Shown here piece by piece: positions 24,061 to 32,000 of a stretch of 32,000 nucleotides of DNA; positions within the stretch are counted from its first letter, which is position 1; every line of letters begins with the position of its first letter. The stretch covers positions 2,070,001 to 2,102,000 of the forward strand of contig NC_017080.1 in NCBI RefSeq assembly GCF_000284115.1, written 5' to 3'. Source of the stretch: Phycisphaera mikurensis NBRC 102666. Its GTDB lineage: Bacteria; Planctomycetota; Phycisphaerae; Phycisphaerales; Phycisphaeraceae. Below the pieces are notes generated by a model. The model saw nothing but the letters and a program-made list of their open reading frames with translations. It did no database searches and was not told the origin of the DNA. The position numbers were made by a program, and so were the translations under genes.

Positions 24061-24335
24061 GGTCGCTTCGCTCCATCACAGAGTGCACGAAGGACACGAA
24101 GGCTCGAAGGGAAGCAAGGACAAGGGGATGAGGGGGCCTGCGCCGGCGCAACCGCCAAGCACCCTCAGCCCGCTTGATCCGTGTGAACGCCGCGAACCCG
24201 CGAACCCGCGGACCGTGGCCGGTTCCGATCAACCGGGCCGATGATCCGCGGGTTCCGCACGGTGCAGGCCCCCTTGCCTCCCCGTTTCGCTTCGTGCCTT
24301 CACCTCATTCGTGCTCTTCGTGATCAAGCGAAGCG
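24061..24335. repeat. nested imperfect palindrome with mirrored heptamer arrays, in the dps/glnII intergenic region
   Basis: Outer arms run about 24064-24141 and 24264-24332. Their inner ends are perfectly complementary: GGGGGCCTGC 24132-24141 and GCAGGCCCCC 24264-24273. The left arm carries CACGAAG (24086, 24095) and CTCGAAG (24103). The right arm carries CTTCGTG (24290, 24316) and ATTCGTG (24307). The central hairpin is GAACCCGCGGA 24202-24212 / TCCGCGGGTTC 24245-24255. An 8-bp tandem GCGAACCC x2 sits at 24192-24207. Confidence 0.5.
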
Positions 24336-24400
24336 CTGCCCGGTCGAGCGCGCAGCAAAGCACCCGCAGCCAGCGGCCACGGGCCGGACGCCGCTCTCGC

Positions 24401-25420
24401 TTACGAGATGTTGGCGCCCTTCACCGTGTCGACGATCACCGCGGCCACCTTGTACGGGTCGGCGGCGGAGTTGGGGCGGCGGTCCTCCAGCCAGCCCTTC
24501 CAGCCGCGCTGGACGGCGAGCAGGGGGATGCGGATCGAGGCGCCGCGGTCGGACACGCCGTAGCTGAACTTGTCCATCGACTGCGTCTCGTGCAGGCCCG
24601 TGAGGCGCTGCTCGTTGTAGGCGCCGTAGACGGCCATGTGCTCCTTGATCCGCGGCTCGAAGGCCTGGCAGATCTTCTCGAAGGTCTCCTTGCTGCCGCA
24701 GGTTCTCAGGACCTCGTTCGAAAAGTTGGCGTGCATGCCCGAGCCGTTCCAGTCGCCCTTGACCGGCTTGGGGTGGTAGTCGACCTTGACGTCGTACTGC
24801 TCGCCGAGCCGCTCCAGCAGGTACCGGGCGACCCAGATCTGGTCGCCGGCCTCCGTGGCCGACTTGCACATGATCTGGTATTCCCACTGGCCGGCCATCA
24901 CCTCGCCGTTGATGCCTTCGAAGTTGAGGCCCGCCTCCAGGCACATGTCCATGTGGCGGTCGATGATCTCGCGGCCGAAGGCCCGGCCGGCGCCGACGCT
25001 GCAGTAGTACGGACCCTGCGGGCCGGGGTACCCGTTCATCGGGAAGCCCAGCGGCAGGTTCGTGGTGGTGTCGATCAGGGTGTACTCCTGCTCGAAGCCG
25101 AACCAGAAGTCGTCGTCGTCGTCGTTGATGGTCGCCCGGCCGTTGGAGGGGTGGGCCGAACCGTCCGCCGAGAGCACCTCGCACATCACCAGGAAGCCGT
25201 TCTCCCGCGCCGGGTCCGGGCAGAGGAACACCGGCTTGAGCAGGCAGTCCGACGAGCCGCCGGTGGCCTGCAGCGTCGACGAGCCGTCGAAGCTCCAGAC
25301 GTCGCAGTCCTCGAGCTTGCCGCCGAAGTCGCGCTCGATCTTGGTCTTGGAGCGGAGGGTCTGGATGGGCTCGTAGCCGTCGAGCCAGATGTACTCGAGC
25401 TTCGCGATCTTGGTGGCCAT
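24401..25420 (-). CDS. glnII: glutamine synthetase type II (eukaryote-like GSII)
   Basis: Trimmed to ATG 25420 (339 aa, MATKIAKLEYIWLDG...). GSII hallmarks: FDGSST, GFEQEYTL, GPYYC(S)VGA, NGEVMAGQWEYQ, GSGMHANFS, RLTGLHET, VSDRGASIRIP. Confidence 0.92.
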   Translation of the reverse strand: MATKIAKLEYIWLDGYEPIQTLRSKTKIERDFGGKLEDCDVWSFDGSSTLQATGGSSDCLLKPVFLCPDPARENGFLVMCEVLSADGSAHPSNGRATINDDDDDFWFGFEQEYTLIDTTTNLPLGFPMNGYPGPQGPYYCSVGAGRAFGREIIDRHMDMCLEAGLNFEGINGEVMAGQWEYQIMCKSATEAGDQIWVARYLLERLGEQYDVKVDYHPKPVKGDWNGSGMHANFSNEVLRTCGSKETFEKICQAFEPRIKEHMAVYGAYNEQRLTGLHETQSMDKFSYGVSDRGASIRIPLLAVQRGWKGWLEDRRPNSAADPYKVAAVIVDTVKGANIS

Positions 25421-25558
25421 GGTGGCGAGTCTTTCTTTCGTCGGGACGCGGAGCGCCGGTGTGCAAGGGGCCAACTGGGCCCCGGGCGGCGCGAACGGCG
25501 GGAACGGTAGCGGACCGCCGCGGCGGTTGCAACGGGCATTGCTGCGCCCGCCGACAGC

Positions 25559-25580
25559 CGGCGGTAGAACCGCCGTTTTT
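25559..25580 (+). terminator. terminator-like hairpin + T5 on the plus strand, in the glnII upstream region
   Basis: CGGCGGT (25559-25565), loop AGA, ACCGCCG (25569-25575), then TTTTT (25576-25580). The orientation is antisense to glnII and to the upstream GH gene, so its function is unclear. Confidence 0.4.
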
Positions 25581-25705
25581 CTAAGCAGCGGGTGCCCGGG
25601 GGGCGGGCGGCTCGGTGCGGAGCGGCGTGGGTGTCGGGAGGAGGCGGGCGGCCTTCCGCGGGCGCCGATCGCCCCGCCGCCGCCCGCCAAAGGTCGTGGC
25701 GTCGA

Positions 25706-28093
25706 TCAGCAGCGGTCCACGAGCCGCTGGACGAAGCGGGTGGCACCCGCCGGCAGGCGGGTCCGTCCCTCTGCAGCGAGGCCGCCGCCGAGGGTGACGG
25801 TGGCGGGGCGGTGGATCCACAGAGGACGCGGGAGCGTGAGCTCCCCCTCGATGCGGTCGTCCTGGCGGGTCCAGGCGACGTCGATGGCCTCCCCGGGGTG
25901 CCCGGCCAGCGGGAGGCGGCCGGCGGCCTGGCGGAGCGCCCCGGGCTGCAGCGACCACGACCAGGCTCCGACGCCGTCGGGCCCGGTCAGGGCGTGCCGC
26001 GGGGTGAGGCCCAGGACGGTCCGGCTGAGCCAGGCGACGGGACCGGCGGACCAGACGTGGGCGTGGCTCCAGCGGTCGCTGAAGACCTCCGTGAGCGTGG
26101 TGCGGCCGCCGCCGAGCATCCAGCCCCAGCACCGTTCGACGGCTTCGTGGACGAAGGCTGTGCGGCCGCGGCGGATCAGCTCGGGGAGGACCAGGTCGGC
26201 GAAGAAGGGGGTGACGGCGCCGGCCACCGGCTCGCCGGGATCGCCCAGCCGCGGCGCGTCGGCCTCGGCGGACCAGGGGAAGGCCGATCGCCAGGCGGAC
26301 TCGACGGCGTCGAGGCAGGCGTCGGCCTCGGCGGGGTCGACCTCCCCGGCGGCCAGCGCCAGCCCGACCGCGTGGTACCCGGTGGCGGCCCAACCGCCGC
26401 GGCGGGCGGCCTCGCCGCGGACGGCGGCGGAGAGGGCGCCGGCCTCGGCGGCGAGCCGGCGGGCGTGGCCGCGGTCCGCGAGGGCCAGGTGCCAGGCGGC
26501 GGCGTCGCGGGTGGCCTGCAGCAGCAGCACGTTGAGCGCGAGGCGGTTGGCTTCCTCGTCGATCGGTGCCGCCCAATCGAAGAACGGCCAGCCCTCCGCG
26601 CGGCGGAGGCCGGCGCCGCCCACCGGCTCGAAGGCGGCGAGGGTGGCGCGGGCCGCGGGGGCGAGCTCGCGGAGCAGCGCCCGATCGCCGGTCTGGTCGA
26701 AGAACAGCCACGCGGCGCGCAGCCAGTGCAGCGCGAAGGAGGGCACGTGCAGCTGCGGGCCGGGTCCGAGCCCGGCGACCAGGCCGCTGGCGTCGGCGCC
26801 GGCCGCGGCCTGCACCAGGCCGCGGCGGACCAGCCGCAGGTCGTGGTGGGCGACCGCGGCCACCTTGTTCGAGAGCGCCAGGTCGCCCACCCATGCCCCG
26901 CGCTCCCGCGTCGGGTTGTCCGTGAGCGCGTCCTCGGCGCAGGCGTGCAGCGTCTCGACGCCGGCCGACCAGACGCGGCCCAGCGCCGGCCGGTCGCACG
27001 CGAACGAGCCGGCGGGCTCGCCGAAGAAGCCGCGCTCGTCGATCCGCAGCGTCAGGCCCTCGAGCGCCCCGGCCGGCCCCAGCGCGTGGACCTCCACGTA
27101 CCGCCCGCCGCGTGGCGCCAGCGGGCCGACGGCCTCACCCGAGCCGTCGAGCACGAAGCGGTCGAGGTTGCACGAGAGCCCCAGCGAGTAGGGGATCCAC
27201 GGCAGCACCCGCCCACCGGGCAGCGTCTCGCTGTAGGCCAGCTGCACCTCCACGCCGGCGGCATCGGCCCCGCCCGCCGGCCGCACGCGCGGGAAGAACA
27301 GCCGCACGCGGCCGAGGTCGAATCGCCACCAGCGGCCGCCGCGGTCGGCGGGGGCGGGGTCCAGGTCCCGCAGGTGGAAGCGGGCGGGCGGGTCGTCGGC
27401 GGCGTAGCCGAAGCGGTCGGCGGCGAAGCCCTCGGCGAGAAGGACCGGCTCGACGCGGCCCCGCGGGATGGAGCCCAGACCCGCGGGCACGGGCCGCGGG
27501 GCGTCCGCGGCCATCGGGGTGGGGGTGTCCCAGCCGTCGTCGTCGAAGCCGGACCGCTCCCAGCCGCGGGGGTTCTCGCGCGCGTCGGCCCAGTCGATCC
27601 AGCCCAGCTGCGGGTTCAGCCGCCGCAGCTCCGCCGCGTACCCGGGGAGCCGGAGCAGGCGGACGCGCGGCGCCCCCGCGAGGGCGAGCCCCGCGAGGCG
27701 GACGAAGAAGGCGGCGGGCTCCTCGGCGGCGAGGCGCGTCGGCACCCCGGCGTGCTGGACGCGCAGCGTGAGCACGTGCGGCCCCGCGGCGAGCCCGCGG
27801 AGGCGGGCGGGGTCCGCGGCCACCGCGCCGTCGAAGGCGTCGGGGTCGCAGCGGTGCGGGCCGTCGGCGAGGTGCTCGCCGTCGAGATTCGCCGTGAACG
27901 CGCCGCCGGCCCAGAGCGCCAGCGACGCCTCGCCGCCCTCCGCCGCTCCGGCGAGCTCGAAGCTCACGCGGACCGCGGTGTGCGAGCCCGGCGGCGGCGG
28001 GCCGTCCGCGGCCAGCGAGCCGTAGAACGCCCAGGCGGGCGGAGTCGCGGGCTCGTCGGCGGAGTGTGGGGGCATCGAGGCGGCGGCGGTCAT
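25706..28093 (-). CDS. six-hairpin glycoside hydrolase, GH78 (alpha-L-rhamnosidase)-like
   Basis: ATG 28093 overlaps the permease stop (ATGA) and is preceded by GAAGGA. 795 aa. ALTDNPTRERGAWVGD resembles the GH78 DCP.R.ER.GW.GD motif. The C-terminal W..SHAHVWSAGPVAWL block is typical of (alpha/alpha)6 hydrolases. Family assignment is tentative. Confidence 0.65.
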   Translation of the reverse strand: MTAAASMPPHSADEPATPPAWAFYGSLAADGPPPPGSHTAVRVSFELAGAAEGGEASLALWAGGAFTANLDGEHLADGPHRCDPDAFDGAVAADPARLRGLAAGPHVLTLRVQHAGVPTRLAAEEPAAFFVRLAGLALAGAPRVRLLRLPGYAAELRRLNPQLGWIDWADARENPRGWERSGFDDDGWDTPTPMAADAPRPVPAGLGSIPRGRVEPVLLAEGFAADRFGYAADDPPARFHLRDLDPAPADRGGRWWRFDLGRVRLFFPRVRPAGGADAAGVEVQLAYSETLPGGRVLPWIPYSLGLSCNLDRFVLDGSGEAVGPLAPRGGRYVEVHALGPAGALEGLTLRIDERGFFGEPAGSFACDRPALGRVWSAGVETLHACAEDALTDNPTRERGAWVGDLALSNKVAAVAHHDLRLVRRGLVQAAAGADASGLVAGLGPGPQLHVPSFALHWLRAAWLFFDQTGDRALLRELAPAARATLAAFEPVGGAGLRRAEGWPFFDWAAPIDEEANRLALNVLLLQATRDAAAWHLALADRGHARRLAAEAGALSAAVRGEAARRGGWAATGYHAVGLALAAGEVDPAEADACLDAVESAWRSAFPWSAEADAPRLGDPGEPVAGAVTPFFADLVLPELIRRGRTAFVHEAVERCWGWMLGGGRTTLTEVFSDRWSHAHVWSAGPVAWLSRTVLGLTPRHALTGPDGVGAWSWSLQPGALRQAAGRLPLAGHPGEAIDVAWTRQDDRIEGELTLPRPLWIHRPATVTLGGGLAAEGRTRLPAGATRFVQRLVDRC

Positions 28094-28968
28094 TCCTTCA
28101 CCGCCCCGGCCGTCATGCCGGCCACGTAGTACCGCATGCCCAGCGCGAACACCGCCAGCAGCGGGAGCGAGCCGACCACGTAGCCGGCAAAGACCGGACC
28201 GTACCGCGTGCCGGTGCTGGCTCCCAGGCGCGTGATGCCGACGGTGAAGACCTGCCGGGACTCGGTGGAGACCGTCACCAGCGGCCAGATGAAGTCGTTG
28301 TACGCCCCCACGAAGGTCAGCATGCCCACGGTGGCGACGATCGGCAGCGACATCGGCAGCGCGATCGACGCGAAGGCCCGCAGCTCGCCGGCGCCGTCGA
28401 GGCGTGCGGCCTCGAACAGCGACGCGGGCAGCTGCTCGAAGAAGCCGCGGCACAGGAACACGCCGAGCACCTGGCTGCCGGTCACCAGCGGCAGCAGCAG
28501 CACCAGCCGCCGGTCGAGCAGGCCCGTTCCGCCAAGCCCCCAGGCATCGTTGCCGCCGACCAGCGGCAGCGACTTGAACCACAGGAACGAGGGCACCAGC
28601 GTGAGCACCGCCGGCACCATCATCAGCGTGAGCAACGCCCCGAAGAGGAAGCGCTTCCCGCCGAAGTCCATCCGCGCGAACACGTACCCGGTCAGCGCCG
28701 AGAGCACCACCGTGGCCGCCACCGAGGCCGCCGCGATGCCGAGGCTGTTGAGCACGTACGGCCACAGCAGCCGCGCGGCCTCGGCGTAGAAGCCCGGCCG
28801 GGCCGCGTCGGGCAGGCTCCAGAACGAGGCGTCCATCTCCGCGTCGGTCTTCTGCGACACCAGCAGCATCACCGCGTACGGCGCCAGCGTGAGCGCGAGC
28901 AGCAGGCCAAGGAGCAGCGGGGCCACCCGGGCGAGCGGGCTGCGGTCGGGGGCGGGCTTCGCGGTCAC
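28090..28968 (-). CDS. carbohydrate ABC transporter permease (MalG-like, CUT1)
   Basis: GTG 28968 overlaps the upstream stop (GTGA). 292 aa, six hydrophobic segments. EAA loop: FEAARLDGAGELRAFASIALPMSLP. Confidence 0.85.
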   Translation of the reverse strand: MTAKPAPDRSPLARVAPLLLGLLLALTLAPYAVMLLVSQKTDAEMDASFWSLPDAARPGFYAEAARLLWPYVLNSLGIAAASVAATVVLSALTGYVFARMDFGGKRFLFGALLTLMMVPAVLTLVPSFLWFKSLPLVGGNDAWGLGGTGLLDRRLVLLLPLVTGSQVLGVFLCRGFFEQLPASLFEAARLDGAGELRAFASIALPMSLPIVATVGMLTFVGAYNDFIWPLVTVSTESRQVFTVGITRLGASTGTRYGPVFAGYVVGSLPLLAVFALGMRYYVAGMTAGAVKE

Positions 28969-31445
28969 GGGCGCTCCCGCAGCAGCCGCAGGTTCACCAG
29001 GCTCAGGCCGAGGATCACCACGAACAGCAGCGTCCCGATGGCCGCGGCGTAGCCGAAGTTGCCGAAGCGGAAGGCCTGGTGGTACATCCGCAGCGCGGGG
29101 ATGATCGTGGCGGTGCCCGGGCCGCCGTCGGTCATCAGCAGGATGGCCTGGAAGTCCTGCAGGCTGAGGATGAAGGTCAGCACGACCATGATCCGCGTCT
29201 GCGTCCGCACGAGCGGGAAGTCGACCTTCCACCAGCGCTTCCACAGGCTGCCCGACTCCAGCCGGTACGCCTCGTGAACGCCGGCGGGCAGGTCCATCAG
29301 CCCGGCGAGGTAGATCAGCAGGCCCAGCGCCCCCACCCACGGGGCATTCATGAGGACCAGCGCGGCGAGCGCGGTGTCGGCGTCGCCGAGCCAGTTGGCG
29401 GCCAGCGCGTCCAGGCCGACCGTGCGGAGCGCGACGTTGAGCACGCCGAGGTTCGGGTCGTAGACGAACTTCCACAGCAGGATCACCACGACCGCCGGGA
29501 CGAGCATCGGCAGCAGGAAGGCCGAGCGCAGCGCGTGGGCCACGCGGCGGCGACGCAGCGTGAGCAGCAGCTCGGCGGCGAGGAAGGGCACGACCGTTGC
29601 CTTGAGGATTGCGGTGCCCAGCAGGACCAGCTGGTTCCAGAGCCCGCTCCAGAGGCGCGGATCGTCGAGAGCGCGGCGGAAGTGGTCGACGCCGACGAAG
29701 CTCGCGCTCCCGCCGCCGCGCCAGTCGGTGAAGCCCAGCACCAACCCCAACGCCGCGGGGTACCAGGCGAAGGCGATGAGCAACGCGAAGGTCGGCGTGA
29801 GCAGCGCATACGCGAGCACGGTCGGCCGGCGGCGGCCCGGGCCGGCGCGCCAGGCGTGCCAGGTGCCCAGGCCGGCGAAGCCCAGCAGGCCCAGGCCCAC
29901 CGCCGGCGGGCCGAGGCGGAAGAGCCAGGCGCCGCCGCCGCCGGGCGGCCGCGGAAGGTCCTCGGTCCGCGGGTCCATGTCCAGGTGGTACTGCCGCGCC
30001 ACGCCGTCGATGGCCCGCAGGTTCGAGGCGTGGTACCCGGCGAGGAACGCGTCGAGCGTGGTCCGCCCGGCGAGGAAGTCCTGGGCCCCGCTCCGCCACT
30101 CGAAGACGCCCTCGGGGTCCGCCGAGAGCGAGAGGAAGAGGTCCTTGACGAAGCCGTTCCCCTCGAACGCGTCCAGCTTGTCCCGCAGCGCCGGCGGCAG
30201 CTCCACGCCGTCCACGGCGGGCAGCCCGTTCAGCGGCAGGCCGCGCTCCAGGGCGCTGTCGAAGAGCACCTGCACCCCCGCGGGCGACGTGATGTACCGC
30301 AGGAAGTCGATGACCGCCTCGCGGTGCGCGGCGTCGCCCCGGTCGCTCGCGGAGAGCACGACCGCGGGCCCGCCGACGCCGCGGAACGCGCCGAGCGCCA
30401 GCGGGTCGCCGCGGATCGTCGGCAGCCACGACACGCCCCAGCGGAAGCCGACCGGCCCGGCCGCGCCGCTGGCCCCCGCGTCGGTCTCGCGCCGCGTCAG
30501 GTCCAGCACCTCGCCGGAGAGCATCAGCCCCATCGCCGCTTTCTGCTGCAGGAACAGCCGCGTGGCGTTCTGCCCATCGGTGCCGAGGAAGCCCGGCTGC
30601 GCGAAGGCGAGCAGCTCGCCGAGGCGCCGGTGGATCGACCGGAACCGATCCGACCGCACGTCGATGCGGCCCTCGCGGAAGGCGAGCAGCGCCCGCTCGG
30701 TGTTGATCGGGACCAGCAGGTCCGAGCCGTCCGGGTCGTGGGCCGTGGCCTCCACGTAGTCCCAGTCGCCCGGCTGCGCGGCGACCACCGGCAGCAGGTC
30801 GCGCAGGTACACGTCCATCAGCATCCGGTGGAGCCACGCCACCTGACCCACCCGGAAGCTCTCCGCGTCGCCGCCGATCGCCAGCGGCGTGACGCCGGCG
30901 TCTTGCAGCGTTGCGCAGGCGTCCAGGAAGCCGTCCCAGTCTTCGGGCACGCCGTCGATGCCGTGCGCCGCGAGCAGGTCGCGGTTGAAGACCAGCCCGA
31001 TCTCCACCGCGTCCAACGGAATCTGGTAGACGCGGCCGTTGTAGGCGTAGCGGTCGAGCAGCGCCCGGTCGAAGCCGTCGGCCCATGGCTCGCCGCTGTG
31101 CGGGTTCAACGCGTCCAGCGCCTCGTCGAGGAAGCGGACGCCGCCCTCCTGCACGAGGCCGGAGATGAAGTTGACGTGGAAGAGGTCCGGCACGAGGTCG
31201 CCGCCGGCGGCGAAGCGCGTCCGCAGCCACGTGCCATAGCCCTCGGGGATGAGCGAGAGCTCGATCCGCGTGCCGGGGTTCTCGCGCTCGTAGGCCGCCG
31301 CGAGCTCCTGGAACCCCGGGAAGTAGTTGGGCGTGTTGACCGCGAGCGAGACGGTTTCGGCGGAAGCCGGGCTTGCCCGCGGCAACGCGAGCGTGAGCCC
31401 GACCAGCAGGAAGAGCAGCAGCGAGCCGGAGCGGCGCTCGGCCAT
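28965..31445 (-). CDS. fusion protein: extracellular solute-binding protein (family 1) + linker TM helix + MalF-like ABC permease
   Basis: A single stop-free frame of 826 codons from ATG 31445. Residues 1-~490 hold a signal peptide and an SBP-like domain. Residues ~507-530 form an extra TM helix (WLFRLGPPAVGLGLLGFAGLGTW), followed by a cytoplasmic RAGPGRRR. Residues ~541-826 are a canonical permease with EAA loop HEAYRLESGSLWKRWWKVDFPLV. Confidence 0.8.
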   Translation of the reverse strand: MAERRSGSLLLFLLVGLTLALPRASPASAETVSLAVNTPNYFPGFQELAAAYERENPGTRIELSLIPEGYGTWLRTRFAAGGDLVPDLFHVNFISGLVQEGGVRFLDEALDALNPHSGEPWADGFDRALLDRYAYNGRVYQIPLDAVEIGLVFNRDLLAAHGIDGVPEDWDGFLDACATLQDAGVTPLAIGGDAESFRVGQVAWLHRMLMDVYLRDLLPVVAAQPGDWDYVEATAHDPDGSDLLVPINTERALLAFREGRIDVRSDRFRSIHRRLGELLAFAQPGFLGTDGQNATRLFLQQKAAMGLMLSGEVLDLTRRETDAGASGAAGPVGFRWGVSWLPTIRGDPLALGAFRGVGGPAVVLSASDRGDAAHREAVIDFLRYITSPAGVQVLFDSALERGLPLNGLPAVDGVELPPALRDKLDAFEGNGFVKDLFLSLSADPEGVFEWRSGAQDFLAGRTTLDAFLAGYHASNLRAIDGVARQYHLDMDPRTEDLPRPPGGGGAWLFRLGPPAVGLGLLGFAGLGTWHAWRAGPGRRRPTVLAYALLTPTFALLIAFAWYPAALGLVLGFTDWRGGGSASFVGVDHFRRALDDPRLWSGLWNQLVLLGTAILKATVVPFLAAELLLTLRRRRVAHALRSAFLLPMLVPAVVVILLWKFVYDPNLGVLNVALRTVGLDALAANWLGDADTALAALVLMNAPWVGALGLLIYLAGLMDLPAGVHEAYRLESGSLWKRWWKVDFPLVRTQTRIMVVLTFILSLQDFQAILLMTDGGPGTATIIPALRMYHQAFRFGNFGYAAAIGTLLFVVILGLSLVNLRLLRERP

Positions 31446-32000
31446 CACGCGTCCCGGAGCCGGCGGACGGAAAGCACCGGCCGGGCCCTGAGGCCGACCG
31501 GCACGAACTGGTACCGCTCGACGTCCAGCGGGCCGCCGGGGTCGTAGCACTCCGGGCCGGTCCACTCCGGCCAGAGGTCGCGGTGGTGCAGCGGGCCCAG
31601 GCAGTTGCGCCGGTGACCGAGCAGCTCGACCTCTAAGCCAACGTCGCCGCTTCTTCCGCTCAGCGCCTCGGTCAGGTCCGCTTCGAAGGGCGGCCAAGCG
31701 ACGAGCGCATCCACACCGCCCACCCGCACGCGCGCGGCCACCGCGTCGAAGCCGGGCAGCGAGAGCACGAGCCGGTCGCCGGGGCGGTGCTCCGGCACCT
31801 CCACCGTCAACGCGTGGGTCAGGTTCCCGCCGTACATCGGCAGGCCCTGGCCGTTCCAGTCGCCGAGCGCGACGGCCGTCGGCTCCGCCGTCATCACCAT
31901 GTCGAGCCCGTCGACGCGGGCGCCGAAGCCGCCGAGCAGGTACACCGCCTCGAGCCCGGGGTGCAGCTCGTCGACGCGGCCGCGGACCGTGAGCGTGTGG
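31445..32000 (-). CDS. glycoside-hydrolase-associated C-terminal jelly-roll domain protein (partial; 5' end beyond window)
   Basis: The frame is open to base 32000 (..HTLTVRGRVDELHPGLEAVYLLGGFG..). The pattern G.W..QGLP.Y.G...Y......(V)RV.G......WPPF..DLT..L.....L.VE(L) resembles the galactose-binding-like terminal domains of large GH enzymes. The stop overlaps the next start (TGATG). Confidence 0.5.
   Translation of the reverse strand, partial: HTLTVRGRVDELHPGLEAVYLLGGFGARVDGLDMVMTAEPTAVALGDWNGQGLPMYGGNLTHALTVEVPEHRPGDRLVLSLPGFDAVAARVRVGGVDALVAWPPFEADLTEALSGRSGDVGLEVELLGHRRNCLGPLHHRDLWPEWTGPECYDPGGPLDVERYQFVPVGLRARPVLSVRRLRDA

Noticed and set aside
25440-25480. Sigma-54 promoter upstream of glnII (TTGGCCCCTTGCACA on the minus strand)
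   Set aside because: The GG and GC dinucleotides are 8 nt apart, whereas the TGGCAC-N5-TTGC consensus requires 12. The spacing is incompatible.
25706-31697. N-terminal extensions of the long minus ORFs 25706..28765, 28090..31230 and 28965..31697
   Set aside because: Each extension overlaps the preceding real gene out of frame and is low-complexity. Coupled starts (ATGA 28090-28093, GTGA 28965-28968, TGATG 31443-31447) give proteins of normal length with intact N-termini.

Overview
The window is very GC-rich (about 70% or more by eye). Stop codons are rare, so most long six-frame ORFs are Ala/Arg/Pro-rich shadows of real genes, and I trimmed starts by hand. Many genes are joined by overlapping stop/start codons (ATGA, GTGA, TTGA). 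The gene content suggests a Planctomycetota/Phycisphaerae-like marine heterotroph; this is inference only.

Gene order, left to right:
- astA (partial) and an M20 peptidase, minus strand
- motA-motB
- a secreted GH16 hydrolase
- cysE
- a divergent cluster of HupE/UreJ-like permease plus TPR protein (minus) against a DUF4331 protein with a PEP-CTERM-like tail (plus)
- tRNA-Val(GAC)
- a tandem HD-GYP protein
- tRNA-Glu(CUC)
- an integrated element of about 7.9 kb
- an 812-aa membrane protein plus an ABC ATPase
- dps
- type II glutamine synthetase
- a minus-strand sugar-utilisation operon: partial GH, a solute-binding-protein/permease fusion, a second permease, and a GH78-like hydrolase

The main discovery candidate is the integrated element at 11991-19858. 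It sits in the 3' end of tRNA-Glu and is bounded by a perfect 26-bp direct repeat. It carries about ten same-strand genes: a tyrosine integrase, two Xis-type HTH proteins, a Zn-finger/TOPRIM/DUF3987 replication protein, an SNase-like nuclease split by a frameshift in a C4 run, and five unknowns. I recognise no virion, lysis or conjugation genes, so it looks like a phage-satellite-like or minimal integrative island.

Other items worth a second look:
- the DUF4331 / TPR / HupE cluster, with an EF-hand-like loop in the HupE-like protein
- the topologically coherent SBP-permease fusion
- three structured non-coding regions (4788-4929, 6061-6198, 24061-24335)

I saw no rRNA genes and no CRISPR array.
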